Assembly (NCBI GenBank): GCA_045631065.1
Contig: JAZQUA010000069.1
Coordinates: forward strand, 1-41,528
DNA length: 41,528 bases
Direction: 5' to 3'
Origin: Candidatus Enterousia sp.
GTDB taxonomy: Bacteria; Pseudomonadota; Alphaproteobacteria; Rs-D84
Shown here: positions 17,634 to 25,562 of the stretch, piece by piece
Position numbering within the stretch: position 1 is the first letter of the stretch
How the letters are laid out: every line of letters starts with the position of its first letter
Notes under the pieces: model-generated
Database searches by the model: none
What the model was told of the DNA's origin: nothing
The model's input: the letters and a program-made list of their open reading frames with translations, nothing else
Translations under genes and position numbers: made by a program

Positions 17634-18077
17634 ATGGCAAGGCATTTCAAAACCAATACAAATTCATTTACAATTGCACATTATATATTACTATTTTTGG
17701 TTATTGGATTATGCATTTGCATTGTTGCATGGATTATGATTGTCCGCCATAATAACAACCCAACAAACAACGTAACACCGACTATTACACACATAAATAA
17801 CGCATCACCATGCGTACAGCGTACAATCAATACAGTTGAACAAATGTGGCGATATGACCCAAAATCAGTTCCACAGAAATACTGGAATATTGCGATTGAA
17901 TATTTGAATGAACCGATATCTGCACGCACATACGGCCTGTGTCAAGATGTTGCATTTGTATGCCACACCGGTCAAATCAGACGTGAATGCGACCCCTGCG
18001 CGGTACCATCAGCCCGCGCAATTGCAAAACAGCAACAAATTGCAGATATGATAACAATGAATTGTTCAGAAAAATAA
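17634..18077 (+). CDS. Membrane-anchored hypothetical protein with a Cys-containing extracytoplasmic domain
   Basis: An N-terminal TM helix is present (YILLFLVIGLCICIVAWIMIV). The C-terminal domain has 6 Cys. The local sequence looks AT-rich by eye. Confidence 0.5.
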   Translation: MARHFKTNTNSFTIAHYILLFLVIGLCICIVAWIMIVRHNNNPTNNVTPTITHINNASPCVQRTINTVEQMWRYDPKSVPQKYWNIAIEYLNEPISARTYGLCQDVAFVCHTGQIRRECDPCAVPSARAIAKQQQIADMITMNCSEK

Positions 18078-18100
18078 AACACCGCCCACTGTGGCGGGTT
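18070..18100. terminator. Hairpin between convergent genes (better T-run on the minus strand)
   Basis: The stem is CCGCC(18082-18086)/GGCGG(18093-18097). On the minus strand it is followed by TGTTTTATTTTT. Confidence 0.45.
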
Positions 18101-18110
18101 ACACACAGAT

Positions 18111-18971
18111 TTATTTATACATAATACCTTTAAATTCATCTGACATATAAAAATCTAATAAAGAAGGCCGTGATTTAGGAATGATACGCTGGTCACTACA
18201 CTCACCTTCATAAATCAGATCTTCTCCTTGTTTATTAAACTTACCCTGACATGACACAGTACATCTATATGCTGTATTATAAAATCTGTTTAGTATACAT
18301 TTATACATATCTGTATCTTCCGAATAAGAACAAGTAGCAACACTATCTGTCGCCTTTATTTTTACTGGTGTTACTGAACTATAATCCATTTCTGGCGTAT
18401 CCTTACCTGCTTGACATAATGATGGCGTACGTTGAAACATTTGCCATACCACAGTCGTTATAGGTAAATTTAACGAACCATATACTTGATAATCTGCTGC
18501 AGATTGTTCATTAACTTTTTTTATATGATTTTCATATGCTTCTAAATACAAACTTTTGCATTTTACTTTTTTTATATTTATAGCAACACAAGTATAGTAC
18601 AATTCAAATACCGATGCAGACATGTCTATTTGATTGCTATTGTGAAATTTTTTGCCGTTTTGACTTATATAATATTCATCCGTAAGGTTTGTCCTGTATG
18701 CTTTTAAAAAAGCTTCTTGCTCTTGATTTACAAAATCAGATTTTTTCATTATCTGTTCAAGTTCTTCATCTGTCCAAATAACATGTTGTTTAAACTCATA
18801 ATTTTCATCATTATCACAATTATGATTCCATGCAACAAAATTACCATCTACGTACATATTAGAACTTTCTACAAAGTGTTCTACAGCAGTATCTCCTTTT
18901 AGTGTTCGTTCAGATGCATCAGAAACACCTGTAAATAAAATAACAAATAAAAAACACAATAAAATCTTCAT
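18111..18971 (-). CDS. Exported Cys-rich hypothetical protein (286 aa)
   Basis: The signal peptide is MKILLCFLFVILFTGVSDA. The RBS is GGGGGGA. The mature part has about 11 Cys. The coding sequence is AT-rich. I recognise no family. Confidence 0.6.
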   Translation of the reverse strand: MKILLCFLFVILFTGVSDASERTLKGDTAVEHFVESSNMYVDGNFVAWNHNCDNDENYEFKQHVIWTDEELEQIMKKSDFVNQEQEAFLKAYRTNLTDEYYISQNGKKFHNSNQIDMSASVFELYYTCVAINIKKVKCKSLYLEAYENHIKKVNEQSAADYQVYGSLNLPITTVVWQMFQRTPSLCQAGKDTPEMDYSSVTPVKIKATDSVATCSYSEDTDMYKCILNRFYNTAYRCTVSCQGKFNKQGEDLIYEGECSDQRIIPKSRPSLLDFYMSDEFKGIMYK

Positions 18972-19211
18972 TATCCCCCCAGCGCCAACAAAAAACCGCC
19001 AAGAAATCAGCGGTCAGGGAGTTCTCAAATCACTTTATCATTGATTCTGTGGCTTTCCGGTTTCCCGTTTTTTATAACCAACAGCTCCCCAACCACAAAT
19101 AGTGTCGGGGATGTTAACGATACAAAAAGCACCGACAACATCAGTTTTACGATGCTTTCGCACCGGATAAAGTAGGCTTGAGATAGCCCCGAATCCAACT
19201 TCTTGAATTCA
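18972..19211 (-). promoter_or_regulatory. Structured 5' leader B with the same terminator/antiterminator logic as leader A
   Basis: The elements (minus-strand RNA, plus-strand coordinates) are UCCCCGAC (19104-19111), GGUUGGGGAG (19085-19094) and CUCCCUGACC (19012-19021). The third overlaps the terminator stem 18995-18999/19010-19014, which is followed by U6. GGGGGGA and the ATG at 18971 follow. Confidence 0.5.
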
Positions 19212-19217
19212 CCAGTA

Positions 19218-19246
19218 ATTATAACACAAGAACCTAAAAAAGACAA
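19218..19246 (-). promoter_or_regulatory. Promoter with extended -10 (TGTTATAAT) and -35 TTGTCT
   Basis: On the minus strand TTGTCT (19241-19246) is separated by 17 nt from TATAAT (19218-19223). A TG lies 1 nt upstream of the -10. Confidence 0.45.
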
Positions 19247-19250
19247 ACAA

Positions 19251-19275
19251 AAACCGCCTTTCGTGGCGGTTTTGA
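19251..19275. terminator. Hairpin terminator next to the tRNA-Pro 3'-end duplicate
   Basis: The stem ACCGCC(19253-19258)/GGCGGT(19265-19270) has T-rich sequence on both sides. Confidence 0.55.
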
Positions 19276-19301
19276 ATTTTTATGGTCGGGGTGACGGGAT
19301 T
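19271..19301. repeat. 31-nt perfect direct repeat of 19420-19450 (tRNA-Pro 3' end plus 12 nt downstream); att-like scar
   Basis: TTTGAATTTTTATGGTCGGGGTGACGGGATT occurs identically at 19271-19301 and 19420-19450. The second copy contains the last 19 nt of tRNA-Pro. Confidence 0.8.
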
Positions 19302-19390
19302 GTAATTCCCACCACTTGGTGGCGGGCCCCTTTCGCCTGCGGCTCGAACCTGACAACTACGTTGTTATGTATCGAACCGTTAAACCCACT

Positions 19391-19420
19391 GATAAAAATT
19401 AAAATCGGCACACGGCCGAT
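19391..19420 (-). terminator. Intrinsic terminator after tRNA-Pro
   Basis: The stem ATCGGC(19404-19409)/GCCGAT(19415-19420) is followed on the minus strand by TTTAATTTTT. Confidence 0.6.
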
Positions 19421-19431
19421 TTGAATTTTTA

Positions 19432-19508
19432 TGGTCGGGGTGACGGGATTCGAACCTGCGACCCCTTGCACCCCATGCAAGTACTCTACCAGGCTGAGCT
19501 ACACCCCG
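19432..19508 (-). tRNA. tRNA-Pro (anticodon GGG)
   Basis: The reverse complement is CGGGGTG-TA-GCTC-AGCCTGGTA-GAGT-A-CTTGC-ATGGGGT-GCAAG-GGGTC-GCAGG-TTCGAAT-CCCGT... with acceptor closure CACCCCG-A-CCA. It gives a standard 77-nt cloverleaf. Confidence 0.9.
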
Positions 19509-19650
19509 ACTGCACACGAATATTATTATGTACAACCACAAAACACAAATACTTTTTTGGGAAAAGACGCGTATTGTTCATTCGCTGCCATATTTGTATA
19601 TTATAATATGTCCGGACATAAATAAACAAAACAACAAAAAAGGAAAAGAA

Positions 19651-19752
19651 ATGTCAAAATCTCAAAGCAAAACTTGTGGCTGTAAAAATTGTTCTGGTAT
19701 GTATGAAAATAAAGAGTGCAAGAAAGATAAAAAGCCACATTGCGACAAGTAA
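19651..19752 (+). CDS. Small Cys/Lys-rich peptide (33 aa)
   Basis: AAAGGAAAAG lies before the ATG at 19651. It reads MSKSQSKTCGCKNCSGMYENKECKKDKKPHCDK. It has its own terminator. A possible TTGTTC-17-TATATT promoter lies upstream. Confidence 0.5.
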   Translation: MSKSQSKTCGCKNCSGMYENKECKKDKKPHCDK

Positions 19753-19754
19753 AA

Positions 19755-19780
19755 GCACCGCCCAAACGGGCGGTTTTATT
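19755..19780 (+). terminator. Intrinsic terminator of the 33-aa peptide gene
   Basis: The stem ACCGCCC(19757-19763)/GGGCGGT(19768-19774) is followed by TTTTATT. Confidence 0.7.
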
Positions 19781-19859
19781 GATATGAATTTTATGCTTGC
19801 ACGAATCGGATAAATATTACTAGTATGCCATATCAACAAACATCACACAGGGGGAAAAA

Positions 19860-20237
19860 GTGATTATCGGCATCGGAATCGATTTAGTTGAATGTAACCG
19901 TTTCTTGGACTGGTCTGCATTTAAAAAACAGCGTATTTTTACCAAAAAAGAACTGGAATACGCAGATAACGACAACGCAAATTCTGAAAAGCATTTGGCA
20001 AACTTTTGGGCTGCTCGTGAAGCTTTCTTGAAAGCAATCGGCACAGGCTTTGGCGATGATATTGCATTTTCTGATGTGTCTGTTGTACATAATGACAATG
20101 GCCGCCCAGAATTATTAATTTCTGGTGGTGCAAAATCTGCATTAAAGGCATTGGCTGGTGGTGACGTAAACATTCATTTATCAATCACAGACCAAAGTGA
20201 TTATTGCGCTGCGATGGTTGTAATTGAAACAAAATAA
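19860..20237 (+). CDS. acpS: Holo-[acyl-carrier-protein] synthase
   Basis: It starts at GTG after GGGGGAAAAA. It reads MIIGIGIDLVE... with AAREAFLKA and a C-terminal SITD...A.A.V motif, which is typical of AcpS. Confidence 0.85.
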   Translation: MIIGIGIDLVECNRFLDWSAFKKQRIFTKKELEYADNDNANSEKHLANFWAAREAFLKAIGTGFGDDIAFSDVSVVHNDNGRPELLISGGAKSALKALAGGDVNIHLSITDQSDYCAAMVVIETK

Positions 20238-20278
20238 AAAAGACAAAAGAAATAATTCCACCACCAAACACTGGTCAC

Positions 20279-20308
20279 TAAAAAATCCCGCAAATGCGGG
20301 ATTTTTTA
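20279..20308. terminator. Bidirectional intrinsic terminator (acpS/carD)
   Basis: The stem ATCCCGC(20285-20291)/GCGGGAT(20296-20302) is flanked by A- and T-runs. Confidence 0.7.
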
Positions 20309-20869
20309 ACTATCATCTTCTTCAATATCTTCATCGTCATCCGATTCGACTGCATTTAAATCAATTTCTTTTGGAATTCCCAAAATATCTTCGATTTTAT
20401 CAGATGCAGCATCTAAATCAATCTTATGTAAAACAGCAAATTCCTGAGCCATACGTTCCAATGCACGTAAATATAACTGACGCGCAGAAAAAGTCATCGT
20501 ATCTGCGGCGCTACGTCTTTGCAGATCACGAACAACCTCAGCCAATTTCATTGGGTCACCAGAATTAATATTTTCTTCATACTGTGCCGCACGACGCGCC
20601 CAAATCATACGCTTTGCACCGGCACGTCCCTTGGCCGAAGCGATTGCTTCATCCATTTTTTTCATGCTGGTCAACGGGCGCAACCCAGAAATTTCCGCAC
20701 GTTCCAGCGGAACACGCAATGTCATATGATTACGTTCAAAGTCAATCACCATCATTTTTATCTTTTGACCAGCAATTGTTTGTTCTTCGATACGCAACAA
20801 TTTACCAACACCTTGGGTTGGATAAACCACATACTGTCCTGTCTTAAAATCTAACTTTTTACTTGGCAT
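20306..20869 (-). CDS. carD: CarD/CdnL-family RNA polymerase-binding regulator with an acidic C-terminal tail
   Basis: The CarD N-terminal domain is present (FKTGQYVVYPTQGVGKLLRIEEQTIAGQKIKMMVIDF). I chose the start at the internal ATG at 20869 (MPSKKLDFKTG). The tail reads ESDDDEDIEEDDS. Confidence 0.8.
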   Translation of the reverse strand: MPSKKLDFKTGQYVVYPTQGVGKLLRIEEQTIAGQKIKMMVIDFERNHMTLRVPLERAEISGLRPLTSMKKMDEAIASAKGRAGAKRMIWARRAAQYEENINSGDPMKLAEVVRDLQRRSAADTMTFSARQLYLRALERMAQEFAVLHKIDLDAASDKIEDILGIPKEIDLNAVESDDDEDIEEDDS

Positions 20870-20950
20870 AATATAGTACCTTTTTACGGTTGCCATCCTC
20901 TCTGTCCCAGACATTATACCACAAAAAAAAACAAAAACAAATAAATGACT

Positions 20951-20981
20951 GAAAAAAAATCCCTTTGGTTAACCAAAGGGA
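20951..20981 (-). terminator. Intrinsic terminator of the 181-aa gene
   Basis: The palindrome is TCCCTTTGGTT/AACCAAAGGGA (20960-20981). It is followed by T8 on the minus strand. Confidence 0.65.
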
Positions 20982-20986
20982 CAGAT

Positions 20987-21532
20987 TTACATATTTATAC
21001 GTCGCATAGATCCGGTTCTGCGCACAGCAGATTCACGCGAAACACCATTTGCCCCATCTGCACTTACACAAACCCATTCATTATCCTGTAATATAGCGAC
21101 CAAGCCAGCCTCACATTTTGGCTTTTCCAAACGCCATGCAAAACAACTGCCTTTTTTATAAGATTCATATGTTGCATTATCATCGCCATTTCTGGTATAT
21201 GCGCCATATTTTGGATTCCATTCACCATGCGCTTCGCCGGCACACCATCTGCGTTCACCCCAGCATTCGACACAGTTTTTATCGTTATCGCACATCTTGA
21301 CGGTGTCCAAAGACATAATATATCCACTGTTTGCCTTATTATCACTGCCCATTTCAGTACCAGCTTCCAAGTCAAAACACCATAATCTTTGACACTCTGC
21401 CACCTTAACCTTGTCCAGTTTTTGACTAGTTTCCGCCAAAACATAACCTGCACCACAAGACAATTCAGCCGCGTTTGCAACACAAACACCAGCCAGCGCT
21501 ATCAATAAAGAAGCAAATATTTTTCCTTTCAT
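20987..21532 (-). CDS. Exported Cys-rich hypothetical protein (181 aa)
   Basis: The signal peptide is MKGKIFASLLIALAGVCVANA. The mature part has 11 Cys, including C-x-x-G-[YL]-V modules (SCGAGYVLA, KCEAGLVAI). The C-terminal tail is basic. Confidence 0.6.
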   Translation of the reverse strand: MKGKIFASLLIALAGVCVANAAELSCGAGYVLAETSQKLDKVKVAECQRLWCFDLEAGTEMGSDNKANSGYIMSLDTVKMCDNDKNCVECWGERRWCAGEAHGEWNPKYGAYTRNGDDNATYESYKKGSCFAWRLEKPKCEAGLVAILQDNEWVCVSADGANGVSRESAVRRTGSMRRINM

Positions 21533-21571
21533 ACCAATAATTATACACTATTTTATACTTTTCCACAATAC

Positions 21572-21599
21572 AAAAAAATCCCCATGTGGGGATTTTTTT
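21572..21599. terminator. Bidirectional intrinsic terminator (bamE 3' end)
   Basis: The stem ATCCCC/GGGGAT (21578-21593) is flanked by A7 and T7. Confidence 0.7.
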
Positions 21600-22026
21600 A
21601 CTGTCCTAATCCTGCCGGACTGAAACGCCCGATATTATTAAATAATTCTTCAATTGCATTCAATTCAATGGCTGCTGGAATTGGTGTTTCTCCATCTGCT
21701 ATTTCTATATCCGGTAAATCAACATCATGTAAAATCTGCGTTTTTAAAACACGATTTCCACGCACCCAAACCAACAATACTGTTTCATTTGTAAATGTTG
21801 GCGCCAATGGCCCACGATAGTTTTCATCTGCGCCATAATATACCCAAACATCGTCACCATAAACAGTTTTAACCTGTGGCGCACCAATTGCATCAACCAG
21901 CGCTGTTGTTGTCTTTATATTTACCAACTTACTTTCCAAATTTTCTGGAAACACATACCCACGATGCTTGGTTTGAAAAGTACACGCGGATAAAATAACT
22001 GCAAATATCAGCAATATTTTTTTCAT
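21598..22026 (-). CDS. bamE: Outer membrane protein assembly factor BamE (SmpA/OmlA lipoprotein)
   Basis: It reads MKKILLIFAVILSAC, with a lipobox. The BamE-like core is present (ALVDAIGAPQVKTVYGDDVWVYY). The ATG at 22026 lies 1 nt after the PFOR stop. Confidence 0.75.
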   Translation of the reverse strand: MKKILLIFAVILSACTFQTKHRGYVFPENLESKLVNIKTTTALVDAIGAPQVKTVYGDDVWVYYGADENYRGPLAPTFTNETVLLVWVRGNRVLKTQILHDVDLPDIEIADGETPIPAAIELNAIEELFNNIGRFSPAGLGQ

Positions 22027-22027
22027 A

Positions 22028-25000
22028 TTAACCTTCCCCGTTTTCTTTGACATTTGGTTTATTCAACATTGCAAATTGCGCAATATGTTTTTTTAATTCA
22101 CTTTTATACGCATTATTTGCCTTGGCCAAATCAACCAACTTGTTAAATTGTGGATTTGCAGCACGTGCCGCACCAAATCTTGATTCTGTCTTTAAAAACT
22201 CTTCCAACGGCGCAGGATTATCAACACTTGAATCCATTGTTAACGGATTATGCCCCTCATCAATCAATCGTGGGTCAAATCTGAACAATGGCCACGCACC
22301 CGTCTGCACCATTTGCATTTGATGTTCTGGCCCATTTTGCAGCGCAAACCCATGTGCAATACATGGTGCATACGCCAATATAATCGACGGTCCATTGAAA
22401 GATGCCGCTTCGCGGAACGCGCGAATCGCCTGTGCTTGATTTGCCCCCATTGCAATCTGTGCGACATAGGCACCACTCATCATCGCAATCATACCCAAAT
22501 CTTTTTTAGCGCTATTTTTACCACCGATTGCAAATTTCATACTGGCACCAAACGGTGTAGATTTAGACTGTTGTCCACCAGTATTTGAATAACCTTCGGT
22601 ATCCAAAACTAATATATTTACATTTTCACCACTGTGTAATATATGGTCAACACCACCGTATCCAATGTCATACGCCCATCCATCACCACCGATAATCCAA
22701 ACAGACTTGTCAACAATTTCACCGACTAAACTTTCGGCCAGACGCGCCCTGTCACCATCGATATTTGCCAGCTGTTTACGCAAATTAGATTCTATTTCAC
22801 GTTGTTTTTGCGTATCAAACTCGTCAAACATCTGTTCAACATTTCCGATACCCAATTCAAACAACAAAGCCTTTAAGTTTTCACGCTTTTGATTTAACGC
22901 CAAACGCATTCCCAGGCCATATTCTGCATTATCTTCGAACAATGAATTAGACCACGCAGGTCCACGACCATTTGCATCACATGTCCATGGTGTTGTTGGC
23001 AAATTAGCACCATATATAGATGAACAACCTGTCGCATTTGCAACCACCATTTTATCCCCGAACAAGTGTGACAACATCCTAACATATGGCGTTTCACCAC
23101 ATCCTGCACATGCACCTGGGAATTCAAAATAATGTGGCAACAATTCAACATGTTTTGGAATATTTAAATTCAATTTGCTGCGTTCAATATTCGGTATTTG
23201 TTCCGCTGCATTAAATGCTGCTTGTTGTTCCGTCATAACATCTTTTGCAGGCACCATTGACAAGGCACCTGACGGACAATGCTTTACACATATATTGCAA
23301 CCAGTACAATCAGCAGACGAAATATTGATTGTAAAGTACATATTTGGCCCTAATTCAGGTGTTTTCATTGGTACAACTTTGACACCTTTGCTGCGTGCAT
23401 CTTCTGCCTGTTGTTCTGTCATTGCCTTGATACGAATAACTGCATGCGGACACAACATCGCACATTTTCCACATTGGATACACTTATCTATATCAACAGA
23501 TGCAACCTTGTCTGATATTGCACGTTTTTCATATTTAGATGTTCCCACAGGGTATTGCCCACCACCAAATTCACCATCAATACGAAAACGCGAAACAGGA
23601 ATTGCATCACCACGTTGTGCTGCAATTTCACCCAATGTCCCCGCAATTTCTGATGGGGTATCTAACGTCATCGCAGGCACAAAATCAGGTGCAAACCCAG
23701 ATACCGAAGAAGGCAATTGATAATGCTGTAAATATTCAGACGCCTTGTCCACAGCAGCCCAGTTAGCCGCCACAACATCCATACCTTTTTTCTTATATGT
23801 CTTTTCAATTGCAACCTTGGCACTGTCTGCCGCAACTTGGGGATCAATAACCTGGGTTAAATTAAAGAAATTCAACATAATAAATGTGTTAATACGATTA
23901 CCCAACCCCAATTCTGATGCAGCACGATTCGCATCCAAGAAATATACATTTGCACGCATACGAATAAGATGTTCTTGGGTATCACGTGGCAAGTTCGCAA
24001 ATGCAATATCAGGTGCCAATGATGTATTAATCATCACCGTTCCACCGGAACGCAAACCGCGAAACACATCAAATCTTTGTGCAATCATAAAGTTCGAAAC
24101 ACTAATAAAATCTGCGACTTCAACTAAATATTGACTTTTTATTGGTTCGTCAGAAAAACGAATATGTGATGCGGTCAGCCCACCCGACTTCTTGGAATCA
24201 TACACAGCATAAGATTGTGGGTACAGTTCTGAATTCTCACCCACAATTTTTACAATATTTTTAACCGCACCAACGGTACCATCACTGCCGATACCATATA
24301 ATATAGCGGTTTTAAAGTTAGGCGCTTCGACAGAAAAAGCCATATCTGTTTTTAATGACAATCCACTTAAATCATCATCAATACCAACAGTAAAATTATG
24401 ATGAATTGTCCCGCGCATCAGATTTTCATATACAGCCTTGACATCACGCGGTTTAAATTCTTTGGAGCCTAATCCATATCGCCCACCAAACACTTCTATA
24501 CCAGCCCCAACAACAGATTTAACATCTTGATATAAAGGCTCACCAATACTTCCTGGTTCTTTGGTTCTGTCTAATACCGCAATACGTTTTACAGTATGTG
24601 GCAATATGTTACGGAACGCATCAACAGGGAAAGGACGATACAAATGAATTTTAACCAACCCCAACCCACTTGGTAAATATGGTAATGTTTCTTCGATTGT
24701 ATCAACCGCACTGCCCATTGCAACAATAACATTTTCTGCATTTTTATCACCAACATATTCAACCAAACCATACTTACGTCCAGTAAGCGCAGCAAATTCA
24801 TCCATACAATTCTGTACAATTTCTGGTGTTTTTTCGTACAGCGGGTTGGCCGCTTCGCGCCCCTGAAAGAACACATCTGGATTTTGCGCGGTTCCACGAA
24901 TTGTTGGCCTGTCCGGGGTCATACCACGCGCACGATTTTCCAGCACCAAATCATCTGGCATCATTTTCTTTAATACTTCATCATCGATACGTATCAATCT

Positions 25001-25537
25001 TGATTCTTCGTGACTGGTGCGAAATCCATCAAAAAAGTGCAAAAATGGTACACGACTGCGAATTGTAGCCGCATGCGCAATCGCAGCCATATCATGCGCC
25101 TGTTGCACATTATGAGAAGACAACATTGCAAACCCAGTTCCACGCACAGACATAACATCACTGTGGTCACCAAAAATAGACAATGCATGCGTGGCCAACG
25201 CACGTGCTGCAACATGCATAACAAACGGCGTCTGTTCACCTGCAATTTTATACATATTTGGAATCATTAACAGCAATCCTTGGGATGCAGTAAATGTTGT
25301 TGCCAACGCACCCATCTGCAACGCACCATGCATTGCGCCTGCGGCCCCTGCTTCGGACTGCATTTCAATTATCTGTGGAATCGCACCCCAAATATTCTTT
25401 TTATGCTGAAAAGACCATTCATCTGCAAGTTCACCCATCGTACTGCTTGGTGTAATTGGATAAATTGCCGCAAAATCAACACATCTGTACGCGACATCAG
25501 CTGCTGCCCAGTTTCCATCAACAATTAATTTAGACAT
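22028..25537 (-). CDS. nifJ: Pyruvate:ferredoxin (flavodoxin) oxidoreductase
   Basis: It is a 1169-aa single-chain PFOR. The N-terminus reads AIYPITPSS. Two 4Fe-4S ferredoxin motifs are present (CIQCGKCAMLCP and CTGCNICVKHCP). The TPP-binding region GGDGWAYDIGYGG is present. Confidence 0.95.
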   Translation of the reverse strand: MSKLIVDGNWAAADVAYRCVDFAAIYPITPSSTMGELADEWSFQHKKNIWGAIPQIIEMQSEAGAAGAMHGALQMGALATTFTASQGLLLMIPNMYKIAGEQTPFVMHVAARALATHALSIFGDHSDVMSVRGTGFAMLSSHNVQQAHDMAAIAHAATIRSRVPFLHFFDGFRTSHEESRLIRIDDEVLKKMMPDDLVLENRARGMTPDRPTIRGTAQNPDVFFQGREAANPLYEKTPEIVQNCMDEFAALTGRKYGLVEYVGDKNAENVIVAMGSAVDTIEETLPYLPSGLGLVKIHLYRPFPVDAFRNILPHTVKRIAVLDRTKEPGSIGEPLYQDVKSVVGAGIEVFGGRYGLGSKEFKPRDVKAVYENLMRGTIHHNFTVGIDDDLSGLSLKTDMAFSVEAPNFKTAILYGIGSDGTVGAVKNIVKIVGENSELYPQSYAVYDSKKSGGLTASHIRFSDEPIKSQYLVEVADFISVSNFMIAQRFDVFRGLRSGGTVMINTSLAPDIAFANLPRDTQEHLIRMRANVYFLDANRAASELGLGNRINTFIMLNFFNLTQVIDPQVAADSAKVAIEKTYKKKGMDVVAANWAAVDKASEYLQHYQLPSSVSGFAPDFVPAMTLDTPSEIAGTLGEIAAQRGDAIPVSRFRIDGEFGGGQYPVGTSKYEKRAISDKVASVDIDKCIQCGKCAMLCPHAVIRIKAMTEQQAEDARSKGVKVVPMKTPELGPNMYFTINISSADCTGCNICVKHCPSGALSMVPAKDVMTEQQAAFNAAEQIPNIERSKLNLNIPKHVELLPHYFEFPGACAGCGETPYVRMLSHLFGDKMVVANATGCSSIYGANLPTTPWTCDANGRGPAWSNSLFEDNAEYGLGMRLALNQKRENLKALLFELGIGNVEQMFDEFDTQKQREIESNLRKQLANIDGDRARLAESLVGEIVDKSVWIIGGDGWAYDIGYGGVDHILHSGENVNILVLDTEGYSNTGGQQSKSTPFGASMKFAIGGKNSAKKDLGMIAMMSGAYVAQIAMGANQAQAIRAFREAASFNGPSIILAYAPCIAHGFALQNGPEHQMQMVQTGAWPLFRFDPRLIDEGHNPLTMDSSVDNPAPLEEFLKTESRFGAARAANPQFNKLVDLAKANNAYKSELKKHIAQFAMLNKPNVKENGEG

Positions 25538-25562
25538 ATCTTTTCTTTCCTTTGAATATTAG

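Noticed and set aside
18975-18980. G6 tracts in the Shine-Dalgarno regions of exported-protein genes (18975-18980 and around 33091-33096), considered as possible slipped-strand phase-variation sites.
   Set aside because: Six residues is below the length usually associated with appreciable slippage. The tracts are adequately explained as strong RBS cores.
19025-19246. A 73-aa minus-strand ORF spanning leader B.
   Set aside because: It would start at a TTG inside the T-run of the preceding terminator and upstream of the predicted promoter, with no RBS. I retained only the internal 38-codon version, as a weak leader-peptide possibility.
19020-19345. Possible permuted (two-piece) alphaproteobacterial tmRNA. 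A tRNA-like 3' end with CCA (19271-19301, minus strand) is followed by an RNA containing GGAUUCGGGGCU.
   Set aside because: The acceptor pairing would be only 5 bp, with G3-C70 instead of the G3-U70 needed for alanylation. The T-loop is non-canonical (AUUACAA). A terminator and a promoter lie between the two pieces. There is no tag ORF ending in ...LAA-stop. The tRNA-like piece is an exact copy of the tRNA-Pro 3' end, so it is better explained as an att-like duplication.
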